In this document: positions 9,498 to 19,398 of the stretch, piece after piece
How positions within the stretch are numbered: position 1 is the stretch's first letter
Layout: every line of letters starts with the position of its first letter
DNA from: an uncultured Prevotellaceae bacterium
Lineage (GTDB): Bacteria; Bacteroidota; Bacteroidia; Bacteroidales; UBA3663
Direction: 5' to 3'
DNA: 60,593 nt
Assembly: GCA_964530595.1 (NCBI GenBank)
Contig: CAZGZL010000001.1
Location: 1-60,593, forward strand
Notes under the pieces: generated by a model
Told to the model about the DNA's origin: nothing
Seen by the model: only the letters and a program-made list of their open reading frames with translations
Databases searched by the model: none
Position numbers and translations under genes: made by a program

Positions 9498-11849
9498 TCA
9501 CCGCACCACCAAGAACTTAGAGACAACGCCCGATTTGCCGTTAGCGTCCACGCCATACACCAAATAGACGCCGGAGCGCACCCGTTTGCCGTCGCGGTTT
9601 TGCAGGTTCCATGTGATGGCGCCTCCTGACGAGGTGGCTGCATAGAGCACATTATTATTGATGTCGGTGATGCGGACTTGCGAGCCGTCCATCAAGCCGG
9701 AGACACACAGGTCGCCGGTATATTCCGGGCGAACCGGATTGGGATAGCAATAGACTTCGGAGAAATCGTTGCGCCCGGTGACGGCATCGGAGCGATAAAT
9801 AAAGATGCCGCCGTCCACCGAGATGAATAATCGCCCAGTGGCTTCGTCCATCGTCAGCGAGAGAATGTCGTCCGAGAGGAGCGGACTGTTCTCTGTCGTG
9901 AAATGTTCGATAGTGGTGAGTCCGTCTGCACTAATCAGATAGAGACCGCTGCCGTAAGTGCCGATCCATTTGCGGTTGGCTGCGTCTACGACCATACAGC
10001 GTGTATCTACGTCGGCTAACAAATAATCGGCGAGATTCGTGCCGTCGTTACGTGGAATTTTGATGCGGCGCACCACTCCCTTGTTGCGGAACGTCTCGAT
10101 CGGGCTGTCAGAGACAAAGGGACCGATTTCGGTCAAGATCCAGACGGCGCCGTTTTTATCTTCCACCAAACCGTATAGCGAAGGAGTGTTCGAGTTTCCA
10201 TCCTGATCGATTAGGGCGTCAAAGTGTGCTGCGTCGTCATCGTTCAAGTTTTCGAGGGTTCCCCCGGTGTAGTACATCGCCCATTCACCGGGGGTCTTTG
10301 TCAACCAAATAAACTTATAGGGATCGTATTGGCTGACGAGCAAACTACTCACCACTGAGGCATCGTCGAAGCCTGCAATGGGATAAGACATCCATTGTCC
10401 GTTTGCTAACAGCGCCTTGAGCGTTGCAGAGCTCTCGTTGTAGTTGCCCATCCAGAGATTTCCGTCGGCATCGTACTTCAGACCGGAGACGCGAGCACGC
10501 CAATAGACGTCCAGCGGGCTGTTGTTCTCGTCGTAGTGTTCCACGATGCTATCACCTTCGATGATATAGAGACCATTGAGCGTAGAACCTACGGCATAAC
10601 GTCCCGGTGTCCGCGGGTCGGCTGCCAAGGAGGTGAGGTCTTGGAAGTTGTATTTCACGTCCGGTGCTCCTTTGAGCTTAGAGATGGGGAGGTGCGTCCA
10701 ACCCTCCTCTTCGTCGAACGTCACGAGCATACCGTTGAGGCGATTTACCTCATTCCAAAGCAGCTTCTGAGGGGCGGCAACCAACGAACCCAACACTCCG
10801 TCTGTATAGGTGAGGCATTGCAGCGCCGAATACATCGGCGCCTGAATGTTTACAGGTTCTTGCTCCTCCTCGAACGAAAACGAGTAGCCGGCTTTGTAAT
10901 CGCTCAAGTGTAGCTGCAATACACCGTCTGTAGGGTGCAAAGCGTAGCACATAGTGTCGTTGATGGCAAGATAGTCCACACAAGCGGCGTAATAAGCGGT
11001 ACAGCACCATGCCACCTCGTTTGTCGACGGAACGCCGATATTGACGCAGCCGCTACTCGTTAAGAGCTTGTCGCCCATCCATGCAGCGTTGACCAAATAG
11101 GCCTGCGTCAATCTTTGCTGAAAACTGCCGTCGGGCTGTAGGTAGGCATTGAAGGCGTCCAAAAAACCGACATAGCATTGCGGCTCTCCGTTGTCTTCGT
11201 AAATCAGCATATTGGTGATACGCTTGTCGTATAGTTGTTGCCACGAATCGCTGCGCGAAGCATCCAATTCTGCCGGACAGCGGTAGAAACCGGATTCCGT
11301 ACCGCGGTAAAGAGCGCCGCCAAAAGAGAAAGCGAACCGGCAAGGCTCATCCATCATGTAAGAATCCTCAAAATAGCCATTCACCAAGTTGACAATCGTG
11401 AATCCGAAGTCGGCAGAGATGTATAACTTGTCGTTACAGATTTGTGCGTTCCGAATCGTCTTGCTCGGCAGAGATTTGTTTTTCAGATCGGGCAAATTCA
11501 ACTGGCTACCGTCTTCGTAGAGCAAATCTATATCTCCGTCTGTATAGACAACCGCGAGAATGGAGTGGGTCTCATTGGCAACGATTTTAGCCACGGAGCT
11601 GCCGCTCAATCCATCCAAACGGGTCAATGTTTGGGTCGAATTTTCTGTTGGGTTGTAGCAAAACAATCCGCCGTCTTGAGACGTGATGTATATCCGATCG
11701 CCAAGCCGATCCATCTGTGCATATTGCGACACGGCGGGGTAAACTGTCCATTCGGAAGCGGCGCACGGAAGCGCGGCGGTCATACCACCCAAGAGGAGAA
11801 GCAAACCGCCCCATAAATTACGTTGTGTATCAAGGAAACTTTTCATCAT
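9498..11849 (-). CDS. porZ: PorZ-like T9SS protein (two beta-propeller regions of two-component-regulator propeller repeats plus T9SS C-terminal domain)
   Basis: 783 aa with a signal peptide. It has Reg_prop-like repeats (GLYIIEGDSIVEHYDENNSPL; GSGLYLISADGLTTIEHFTTENSPLLSDDILSL) and a C-terminal sorting domain (...VRITDINNNVLY...GVYLVYGVDANGKSGVVSKFLVVR). Size and architecture match what I recall of P. gingivalis PorZ (~776 aa). The symbol is tentative. Confidence 0.7.
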   Translation of the reverse strand: MMKSFLDTQRNLWGGLLLLLGGMTAALPCAASEWTVYPAVSQYAQMDRLGDRIYITSQDGGLFCYNPTENSTQTLTRLDGLSGSSVAKIVANETHSILAVVYTDGDIDLLYEDGSQLNLPDLKNKSLPSKTIRNAQICNDKLYISADFGFTIVNLVNGYFEDSYMMDEPCRFAFSFGGALYRGTESGFYRCPAELDASRSDSWQQLYDKRITNMLIYEDNGEPQCYVGFLDAFNAYLQPDGSFQQRLTQAYLVNAAWMGDKLLTSSGCVNIGVPSTNEVAWCCTAYYAACVDYLAINDTMCYALHPTDGVLQLHLSDYKAGYSFSFEEEQEPVNIQAPMYSALQCLTYTDGVLGSLVAAPQKLLWNEVNRLNGMLVTFDEEEGWTHLPISKLKGAPDVKYNFQDLTSLAADPRTPGRYAVGSTLNGLYIIEGDSIVEHYDENNSPLDVYWRARVSGLKYDADGNLWMGNYNESSATLKALLANGQWMSYPIAGFDDASVVSSLLVSQYDPYKFIWLTKTPGEWAMYYTGGTLENLNDDDAAHFDALIDQDGNSNTPSLYGLVEDKNGAVWILTEIGPFVSDSPIETFRNKGVVRRIKIPRNDGTNLADYLLADVDTRCMVVDAANRKWIGTYGSGLYLISADGLTTIEHFTTENSPLLSDDILSLTMDEATGRLFISVDGGIFIYRSDAVTGRNDFSEVYCYPNPVRPEYTGDLCVSGLMDGSQVRITDINNNVLYAATSSGGAITWNLQNRDGKRVRSGVYLVYGVDANGKSGVVSKFLVVR

Positions 11850-11929
11850 GGAATGAATAACTTTGGAGAACTTTTTAATGTTCCCGAACTATTTTATAAA
11901 CGGCAGAAAGTCTGTTTTATTGTCAATCC

Positions 11930-13267
11930 TCAGCGGATCGTCCAGCGGAAACGGTAACGCAAGCGGCAGAATGCGTAGTTGAAGAACAGCTCCACCGCGT
12001 GGAACAGTAGCAGTGCGATGCCCAAGCCCTCCAAACCACCTAAGTGCCAGCCGGCGACGAGGATTCCGCTCATCAAAATGCCTAACGAAATCTCGACAAA
12101 CATATAGTCGCGCCATTTGCCCAACGCCAACGGCATGTATGCCAACGGCAAAGACAATGCTTTGAACGGAAGATACCAGCACGCCCATTCCGCCATCGGG
12201 AGCATGTCGTCGAACTTGTGGGAGAAAAGCAATGGGATTAAGTAGGGCATCAGCGCCGCAAAGAGGAGGGTGAGCGGCAGGACGATGGCAAAAGTCACAG
12301 CCATCTGTCGGCTGACCATCCGATTGCGGAGTAGCGCCACTTGATTCACTCCAGAAAGGCGGGGATAGAAGTCATTCCCTATGGCGGTGAAGATCGAGCA
12401 AGGGTAAATGATGCTGAGCTGATAGCCGGCGCGATAAAGTCCCACGACAGTCATCGTCGCTGTGGCGGCAATAACCGTCTGTACCAAGAGCTCCACACCG
12501 GAGGCAAGCACCCCCGAAACGATGGTGGAAAGCCCCATCAACAGCACCGGACGCATTTTGAGCCACAGTGTGCGTAGCCCGATGCGTAGCCGCGGATCGG
12601 GCGAGTAGAAGGCTTGAAACAACGCGCGGTCGAAAGGCACTGTACGATGGCTGTAGAAACAGATCAGCAGCAGTTCTGCTGTGGCGCTGAATGCTAAGGC
12701 GGGGAGCACGCCGGCGACACCCCACCAATAATAGCAAGGGACAACGAGTACCACCGAACAAACCGAAATGATGATCGAAGCGGTGGTTAGTGCGCTAATC
12801 TTGCGATAGGCTTTCAGAATCGCCATCTCGCAGCTGTAAGAATGTCTGAGACAAATGATCAACAAGATCACTAAAATACTTTGTACCGTCAGCTCTTCCA
12901 ACGGGTGCACGAAGCGGATAAAGAGCAGGGTAAGTAGGATTGCAATGCCGGCAACGCACCAAGTCCAGAGACAAGTGATGCGCAGGTAGCGACTTTCGGC
13001 GGCGGCGCTTGCTGTATCGCCTTGCTCGATGGCGACCGAGATATTGCGCACGCCGCTTGTCCCTAAGCCGAAACCGGTCAGAGCTACGTAGAAATTGACG
13101 ATCGTATTGTATAGCCCCGATAAGCCCAATCCCACGGGACCGATCAGCAGGGCGGCTGCCTTAGAGCGAATCAGCGCCGCGAGGATGCCGAATGCTTGCG
13201 ATCCGCCGAAGATACTTATGTTGCGGGCGATGTTTCGAAACGAAGAGTCGGAATTTGTAGGTGTCAT
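11930..13267 (-). CDS. Wzx-type oligosaccharide/O-antigen flippase (MOP superfamily)
   Basis: 445-aa protein with about 12 TM helices. The N-terminus FRNIARNISIFGGSQAFGILAALIRSKAAALLIGPVGLGLSGLY is typical of polysaccharide biosynthesis (Wzx) proteins. Its ATG overlaps the upstream stop (ATGA, 13264-13267). Confidence 0.85.
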   Translation of the reverse strand: MTPTNSDSSFRNIARNISIFGGSQAFGILAALIRSKAAALLIGPVGLGLSGLYNTIVNFYVALTGFGLGTSGVRNISVAIEQGDTASAAAESRYLRITCLWTWCVAGIAILLTLLFIRFVHPLEELTVQSILVILLIICLRHSYSCEMAILKAYRKISALTTASIIISVCSVVLVVPCYYWWGVAGVLPALAFSATAELLLICFYSHRTVPFDRALFQAFYSPDPRLRIGLRTLWLKMRPVLLMGLSTIVSGVLASGVELLVQTVIAATATMTVVGLYRAGYQLSIIYPCSIFTAIGNDFYPRLSGVNQVALLRNRMVSRQMAVTFAIVLPLTLLFAALMPYLIPLLFSHKFDDMLPMAEWACWYLPFKALSLPLAYMPLALGKWRDYMFVEISLGILMSGILVAGWHLGGLEGLGIALLLFHAVELFFNYAFCRLRYRFRWTIR

Positions 13268-14271
13268 AACGTCATAGAGTTACCTTGTGACAAGTCGAGG
13301 CGATAGCAACGATAAGCTACGCCGCGTCCGCCGAAACCCTCTTTTTGAGCGACGAGTGTGGCGTTGAGGTACCTTCCGGCTTGCTCGTTTGAGGTTCCGA
13401 AGTCGAAGTATCGGATGTCGGGTTGCGCGCGGTAGTGTTCGATCAGAGAGAGATAGAGCAAGTCCATCACCCCGTCGGCTTTGCCCAATGCAGAGGCGTG
13501 AGGATACTGAATGTGCACCACTTGCGCCGTCTCGAAATAGAGGATTCCACCGGTCAATATGCGCCCTTGCTCTGTGGACTTATAGGCGCACGTGCAACGG
13601 ATCTGTTGCGGGAAGCGATCGCGCAGTAACTGTATTTCTGCCAACGAGTGTACCGGACAGGCGCTGTAACGCTGTTGCAGATTCTCTGTGACAATTTGCC
13701 AGAACTCTGTCAGCTCCGACACCTCCTCCAATACATAGCCGGCTTGCGACGCCCGTTTGAAGCCGCGTCGCCGCCGCGCCTCCACTTTGGGGGCGCAACA
13801 TTCCGGTGCACGTAAATCAAGTGTCGTTGCGATGTTGCAGACCTCGATTGTCGCGCCGAGCCGCCACAGTGCGTACTCATCCTCTTGCGCCGGGATGCGC
13901 TGATAGATGGTTGGAATAGGTTTATAATAAAGAACTTGAAATCCTGTTTGCCGCAAATACTCCACCAAGCGTTGCATCAGCTCCATCACCTCCACAATGC
14001 CACTGCGAGGCTGCAACAGCCAGCCTCCGTAGGTCAGTCCGCGGTGAGAATAGTAGACCTTCCCCTCTGACGCCTCCACCGCCTCGCATCCGGGCAAGAG
14101 CGCCGTGAGCGCACCTTGTTCGTCGAACGCCATTAGAGAATGATCTGCAAAACGGTCGGCGTGATAGTCCATGTAGGGACGCTGAAGCAGGAAGGTCGCG
14201 TTGACGGCGGTAGCGACAAAGGCGTCCCAAGTGGGAGCGTCCGCCGCTGTATATCGGCGCAGGGAGAGCAT
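13264..14271 (-). CDS. GNAT / FemAB-like acyltransferase
   Basis: 335-aa soluble protein with a two-lobed GNAT-like layout and no TM segment. It sits between sugar-nucleotide isomerase and flippase genes. The family call is from overall resemblance, not a sharp motif. Confidence 0.65.
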   Translation of the reverse strand: MLSLRRYTAADAPTWDAFVATAVNATFLLQRPYMDYHADRFADHSLMAFDEQGALTALLPGCEAVEASEGKVYYSHRGLTYGGWLLQPRSGIVEVMELMQRLVEYLRQTGFQVLYYKPIPTIYQRIPAQEDEYALWRLGATIEVCNIATTLDLRAPECCAPKVEARRRRGFKRASQAGYVLEEVSELTEFWQIVTENLQQRYSACPVHSLAEIQLLRDRFPQQIRCTCAYKSTEQGRILTGGILYFETAQVVHIQYPHASALGKADGVMDLLYLSLIEHYRAQPDIRYFDFGTSNEQAGRYLNATLVAQKEGFGGRGVAYRCYRLDLSQGNSMTL

Positions 14272-14295
14272 ACGGCAGTGTTTTAGCGTAAAAGG

Positions 14296-15252
14296 TTATT
14301 GTTGTGGGGCGGATAGCGAGTTGCGGAATTCGGCTAATTGCTGATAGTCGCAAATATAATCTTTCGGATCATAACTTTCGGAGGTCAAGACAAGCGCCAC
14401 CGCTGCCGACGAGAAATCGTGCAGACGACACCAGATGCCCGGCGGAATCAGTAACCCCATGAAGGGGCGGTCTAAACGCACTGAGCGGTGTTCGTGCAGA
14501 TCGTCCAACTCGACCGTGAAGCTACTGCTGGCTGCCACTATAAATTGCCACGCCTGTTTGTGGGCGTGCTGTCCGCGATCGGTATCTGAGGGGATATCGT
14601 AGAGATAGAATACGCGGCGCAGAGCGAACGGTAGTATTTCGGGCGTGCCCTCTTCGATCGCCGTCAGATAGCCGCGACGCCGCTCTGTGAAGGCGGGTAG
14701 ACGGAACATGCGACAATCTGCCAACGTATAGGCTCCGGAGTGCTTTGGGAGCACTACTTCGGGCGCTGACGGAACCACTTCGTGGAATATCTGACACGGA
14801 TCGGCGGCGTTTTGTGCCACCTCTGCGCAGAATGTCTCGAAGTCCCAGAGATAATCCCCCTCGTCGTAGTGGGTAGATGAGAGCACTAAACCCAACGAAT
14901 TGGTCGAGAAGTTATCCAACGTGCGCCACGTCATTGGCGGCACATAGACGCCCTTATACGAGCGGCACAGATGAATCCTTCGCTCCTCCTTGCCGTCGTG
15001 TAACACCACATCAAAACTGCCGCTCAGTGCGACGATAAACTCCTCTTGGTGGCGAAAGGCGTGACTGCCGCGTAGCTCGCCGCCGGGGACGTCGTAAATC
15101 CAATAGGCGCGACGGATGCGGAAGGGAATATGATTCTCTCCCTCAATGAACGACAGATTCCCTCGTTCGTCCTCCACCTTCGGAAGGTTGATGAGGCGGA
15201 TCTCCCGTTCAGATTTTGGGGCAGATAGCTCAGATTGATTCATGGATGTCAT
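14296..15252 (-). CDS. tandem (two-domain) FdtA/WxcM-like sugar 3,4-ketoisomerase cupin protein
   Basis: There are two ~140-aa copies of the WxcM/FdtA cupin. Copy 1 reads LPKVEDERGNLSFIE...RGSHAFRHQEEFIVALSGSF. Copy 2 reads LPAFTERRRGYLTAIE...RGQHAHKQAWQFIVAASSSF. The canonical HAH is present only in copy 2. Confidence 0.85.
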   Translation of the reverse strand: MTSMNQSELSAPKSEREIRLINLPKVEDERGNLSFIEGENHIPFRIRRAYWIYDVPGGELRGSHAFRHQEEFIVALSGSFDVVLHDGKEERRIHLCRSYKGVYVPPMTWRTLDNFSTNSLGLVLSSTHYDEGDYLWDFETFCAEVAQNAADPCQIFHEVVPSAPEVVLPKHSGAYTLADCRMFRLPAFTERRRGYLTAIEEGTPEILPFALRRVFYLYDIPSDTDRGQHAHKQAWQFIVAASSSFTVELDDLHEHRSVRLDRPFMGLLIPPGIWCRLHDFSSAAVALVLTSESYDPKDYICDYQQLAEFRNSLSAPQQ

Positions 15253-15309
15253 CAGTTGGATTCAATACTTATATATAATGTGTCGCGAGGGATGCCGCGG
15301 GGACGAAAC

Positions 15310-16650
15310 TCAGCGTGCCAACCAGCGTTCGGGATCTTCCTTGTGGTTGCTGTTCCAGATCTGGAAATCCATACGAGTCTGGTTGCCGTTCTCCGGATCG
15401 GAATAGATCAAGCCGATGCGATCGCGCATTTTGACGTGTTGCCCTTGCTTCACATAGACTTTCGACAGATTATTGTAGACTGAGAAGTAAGTTCCGTGGC
15501 GCACGATCACCGAGATGTTGTAGCCGGGCAACTGCATAATTGTGTTGACTTCGCCGTCGAAGATGGCGCAAGCCTCTGCACCCGCCTTGGTTTGCAGGAT
15601 AATGCCGTTATTTACCGTCTGGACGAACTGTGAATGCTGTTGCGTACCGAAGTGTCCCACTACTGCATAGCTACTATTCACCGGATAGGGCAATCGTCCT
15701 CGGTTTTGGGCGAACGATCCGGTCAAGCGTGTCGAGGCGTCGTCCGTCGGTGTTACCACCTTGGCGGCTGTTGTGGTCGTTCCCGTGCCCCCTTTGGCGC
15801 CTTGTTTAGCTCCGTTCTTTTGTCCGGACTGTTTGGCGGCTTTTTGCGCGGCGAGTTCCGCCTTGCGGCGAGCCTCCTCCGCGGCGCGGCGTGTTTCCTC
15901 CTCGATCTTCTGTTGGATCATCCGATCCAACGCTTGAGCCTGCTTTCGCTGCTTATCCAAATCGCTTTGCAGCTGTTTCTTCTGCTTATCCAGCTCTGCC
16001 ACGAGTTGCTTTTGCTGTTGTCTTTTGGCTTGCAGCGTAGCTTGTTCCTTGCGCTGTTCCTCCAACAACTGTTGCCGTTCCTCTTGGCGGCGAGCCAATT
16101 CCTCGCGCGCCTGTATTGTGCGTGCTTTCTCTCGGCTCAGCTCCTCTGCCTGCTTCTTGCGCCACTCACTGTATTGATGCAAGTAGCGCATACGGCGCAT
16201 ACATTCCGACAGATCTTGTGCCGAGAAGACAAAGATTACCTCGTCATTCCCTTTGCGCCAGCGGTACAAGTGCCGCATCGCGGCGGCATAACGTTCCTGC
16301 TTGTCGCGAATGTTGCTTTGCAGTGTCGCAATGGTCTGTTTCAGCACCGCTTGCTCACGGTTCATCTCCTCCAACTCGCGGTTCATTACTGCCAACAGTC
16401 CTTGCCGAGTCTTGATCTCGGAGTTCAGCAATTCCAGTTCATTCAGCTGTTGCTTGGCGCTCTTGGTGGTCTTTTTGAGCATTGCCGACGTTTCGTCGAT
16501 CTGCTTCAACGCCGCCTTACGCTGACTCTCCAACTGCGCACGACTCTTGGACTTCTGACCATAGCCGGCTGTCGGGGCGCATAGGAGTATGCAGCAGCAC
16601 ATGAGCAGAAGGCATCGTATTTTCGTGGTAAATTTGTGCAAATCGTTCAT
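15310..16650 (-). CDS. M23-family peptidoglycan DD-metalloendopeptidase / EnvC-like murein hydrolase activator with long coiled coil
   Basis: A signal peptide is followed by a ~250-aa Q/K/E/A/R-rich coiled coil and a C-terminal LytM/M23 fold (GIILQTKAGAEACAIFDGEV...VIVRHGTYFSVYNNL...GQHVKMRDRIGLI). Confidence 0.85.
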   Translation of the reverse strand: MNDLHKFTTKIRCLLLMCCCILLCAPTAGYGQKSKSRAQLESQRKAALKQIDETSAMLKKTTKSAKQQLNELELLNSEIKTRQGLLAVMNRELEEMNREQAVLKQTIATLQSNIRDKQERYAAAMRHLYRWRKGNDEVIFVFSAQDLSECMRRMRYLHQYSEWRKKQAEELSREKARTIQAREELARRQEERQQLLEEQRKEQATLQAKRQQQKQLVAELDKQKKQLQSDLDKQRKQAQALDRMIQQKIEEETRRAAEEARRKAELAAQKAAKQSGQKNGAKQGAKGGTGTTTTAAKVVTPTDDASTRLTGSFAQNRGRLPYPVNSSYAVVGHFGTQQHSQFVQTVNNGIILQTKAGAEACAIFDGEVNTIMQLPGYNISVIVRHGTYFSVYNNLSKVYVKQGQHVKMRDRIGLIYSDPENGNQTRMDFQIWNSNHKEDPERWLAR

Positions 16651-16656
16651 TCCCTC

Positions 16657-17505
16657 TTATTCTTTGAGCTTCTTGATCGTCTCTATCAGCTGTGGCATTG
16701 TCACCGTCTGATAGTTGCGCGACGGTGTGAAATCCGTCCACGGAGCGGCGGGTACCGTGGGAGTGCCCAAGGTCAACGAGCCTTGAAAGCTCTTTCCGCC
16801 GGTCTGTACGTTCAATAACTCGCGTCCGGGATAGAGCGCGTCGTTCAAGCTCTGATGATCCTCGTAACTCCAACGCACCACCACACTACTGTCTGCCGTC
16901 ACCACTTCGGTGGCAGCCAAACAGTTCTCGGCGTTCAGCGTGTAAGAGAGTGTATATCGTCCGGCGGAAGTATATTGCCCCACTAATTGCTCACCCTCCT
17001 CATGCCATGCAAAGCGTTTGAAGTCCGATCGCCCTGCAGCGCCTCTGCCGGGCACATACATTCTGCCGGTGAAGAGACACTGTACCGCTTCGAGGTCCAC
17101 TTCGCCGCCGATGCGGTCGCTCAGCTCTTGCATTGAGTAGGAGACGTAGCATTTGTCGAACTTGTCTACGATGCGGAGCGAATCACTGTTTGCCTCAACG
17201 CGAGCCACCTCGATGCCCACCAACGGTGCGTTCACCGAGAGCAGTAGCCGTTTCTTGTTGGTCATCTTCAGCGCGCCCTTCAAGCTCTTGTTGCCCATAC
17301 CCATCGTGATCTTGGATTGGAAACTTTCGGGGGCAAAGGCATGGCTGATTGCAGCCTCGTAACGTTCCGATTCAGCTTTGAGCACGACGCGTGAGCCGGT
17401 GGCTTGACGTGTCGTGTGGCAACTCGTCAGCATCATGCCACAGCACAACACGCCGCCGAGCGTCTTTAGATTCAATGCTTTCATATTGATTTTGCTTATA
17501 TACAT
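16657..17505 (-). CDS. DUF4292-like outer-membrane lipoprotein (LolB-like fold family)
   Basis: Lipobox MLTSC. The block KSLKGALKMTNKKRLLLSVNAPLVGIEVARVEANSDSLRIVDKFDKCY resembles DUF4292 proteins, and the conserved Bacteroidota neighbourhood TPR-DUF4292-M23 is present. An alternative ATG at 17484 is equally possible. Confidence 0.65.
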   Translation of the reverse strand: MYISKINMKALNLKTLGGVLCCGMMLTSCHTTRQATGSRVVLKAESERYEAAISHAFAPESFQSKITMGMGNKSLKGALKMTNKKRLLLSVNAPLVGIEVARVEANSDSLRIVDKFDKCYVSYSMQELSDRIGGEVDLEAVQCLFTGRMYVPGRGAAGRSDFKRFAWHEEGEQLVGQYTSAGRYTLSYTLNAENCLAATEVVTADSSVVVRWSYEDHQSLNDALYPGRELLNVQTGGKSFQGSLTLGTPTVPAAPWTDFTPSRNYQTVTMPQLIETIKKLKE

Positions 17506-17520
17506 ATTAAATAGTTTGGA

Positions 17521-19398
17521 TTATTTAGCCCACGGCAGAGGCTCCTCGATATACTTTCCGGTGCGAATCTTCTCTGGCAGTGTTTTAGAGTCACAGTCGG
17601 GCAATGCCGCTGCCCGCTTCCAATATTCCATAGCCTCCTCTGTCTCGCCGCTGCCATACAGAATGTCCCCGTAGTGTTCCAACAGCGTCGCCGAGGGTTG
17701 CTCACCCTCGCACGTCAGGGCGCGCTTCTGATAGAACTTAGCCAACGAGAAATTGCCCAAGCGGAAATAGACCCAAGCGTAAGTATCTAAATAGGTAGCG
17801 ACGTCCGGCTGCTTGCGTATCACGATGCTCATCATGCGTTCGGCTTGATCCAAACGTATGCCTTCGAGCGCCAAGAAGTAGCTGTAATTGTTCAGTACAT
17901 TGATGTTCTCGCCGTTGTATTTCAACGCCAAGTCGTAGGCGGCGTAAGCGCTATCCATCTGTCCGACGTTCTGGTAGATATCACCCATATACCCGTACAC
18001 CTGCGAGCGGAGTAAAATCTGTTCTGCAGGCAATACATTCAATGCCTGCCGATAGCTCTCTAATGCCTCGTCGTTGCGTTGCTCCTCCGCGAACGCAGAG
18101 GCGCGAACCAGATACGCTGTGACGAAGTTCGGAATATAAGTCAACGCCTGTGCCGTGGTCGTAAGCACCGCTTCGCTGCCTCGCTTTTGATAGGTCAAGT
18201 AGATGTAGGGAACCCAATAATCCTCTTCTGCCGGGCGTAGATCTACCGCGTCTGCGTAACGTGCCAACGCTAAACTGTCCTGACCGATGGCCTCCAAATA
18301 TTTGGCTTGTAGCACATAAGGCTCCGGTTCGGTGGGATGGGTATTGATCACCGTTGCAAAAAGATCGTCCACGAGGGGCGTGGATTGCAGTATGCTGTCT
18401 TGAGCTCGTTGTTGCAAGTAATTGCGCAGATAGTCGGTCAGGATCTCCAACTTTTCATTCAACTCCAAGTTGGGATGTGCCAGGGCGTTACGCATGGTCG
18501 TCTCGGCGGCTATCGTGTCGCCCGTCACCGTGTAGTAGTGGGTCATCGAGACCCACAGACGAGGGTGATCGGCGTCGAGCGAACGAGCTGCATCGTAATT
18601 GCTCAGCGCCTCTTCCGTGCGTCCCGCCTTCAGCAGCATATCGCCGTTGATGATGCGGTAGATGGCGTTGTAAGGGTATCGTGCAATCAGCTTAGAGAGT
18701 GACGCAAAAGCGCTGTCCGGCTCCTGTAGGTGCTGATAGAGGTAAAACTTCTGCATCGAGAGCTTGGGATCCACCCCTTCGATCTCCTCGATGTGTTCCA
18801 TCATGCGCACACAGTCGCGCACGCTGTCTATCGAGAGGTAGAGCTCGCACAACTCTTCGCAGATCTCCGTGTTGTCCGGATGATGCTTCAGCAATCGTTC
18901 GTAGCTACGGATCGCCTCTGTGGGACGCTTCAACTGTTGTAGCAATGATGCCTCCATCAGTCCGTACCACAACTCTGTGGAGTCGTGCCGTACGGCACCT
19001 TGTGCCCAGTAGAGCGCCGGTTCGAGTTGCCCCGACTCGGCGTATTGCTCTGCCATGAAGTAGCGAGCGGGAGCAAACGTGCTGTCTATCTCTAACACGT
19101 GAAACATCAAGTCGAATGTGCGGTGTGGTGAGCCATCGGCGAGTTGATTCTCCAATGCAGCAAAGTAGAAGTAGTCGCGTCGAGCCTCCTCGCGCTTCTG
19201 CTCGTAGCGTAACGAGTCGGAGAGCTCCGTCGTCGCAAGGCTCTTTTTGTGTCCCTTCTTGCCCCAAGCTGTCGTAGGCAATAACACCCCTAAGAGCAGT
19301 GCTACGACGAATAGTTTGCTATGTCTCAGATCTGAAAAAGTCACGATGAATAGAATTAAGAGAAAATATACGCACTCATTGGCGACCGCTATGTCCAT
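17521..19398 (-). CDS. tetratricopeptide-repeat protein (secreted or periplasmic)
   Basis: Many TPR units throughout (e.g. [49 protein letters not shown]). The start is uncertain: the track ORF starts at 19425 and an ATG lies at 19398, and both overlap dut. A GTG at 19344 would give a clean signal peptide ([28 protein letters not shown]) and no overlap. Confidence 0.8.
   Translation of the reverse strand: MDIAVANECVYFLLILFIVTFSDLRHSKLFVVALLLGVLLPTTAWGKKGHKKSLATTELSDSLRYEQKREEARRDYFYFAALENQLADGSPHRTFDLMFHVLEIDSTFAPARYFMAEQYAESGQLEPALYWAQGAVRHDSTELWYGLMEASLLQQLKRPTEAIRSYERLLKHHPDNTEICEELCELYLSIDSVRDCVRMMEHIEEIEGVDPKLSMQKFYLYQHLQEPDSAFASLSKLIARYPYNAIYRIINGDMLLKAGRTEEALSNYDAARSLDADHPRLWVSMTHYYTVTGDTIAAETTMRNALAHPNLELNEKLEILTDYLRNYLQQRAQDSILQSTPLVDDLFATVINTHPTEPEPYVLQAKYLEAIGQDSLALARYADAVDLRPAEEDYWVPYIYLTYQKRGSEAVLTTTAQALTYIPNFVTAYLVRASAFAEEQRNDEALESYRQALNVLPAEQILLRSQVYGYMGDIYQNVGQMDSAYAAYDLALKYNGENINVLNNYSYFLALEGIRLDQAERMMSIVIRKQPDVATYLDTYAWVYFRLGNFSLAKFYQKRALTCEGEQPSATLLEHYGDILYGSGETEEAMEYWKRAAALPDCDSKTLPEKIRTGKYIEEPLPWAK

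Noticed and set aside
15634-16584. A 316-aa plus-strand ORF rich in Leu/Gln/Phe.
   Set aside because: It is the antisense shadow of the repetitive Q/K/E/A coiled-coil coding region of the M23/EnvC-like gene and has no independent signals.
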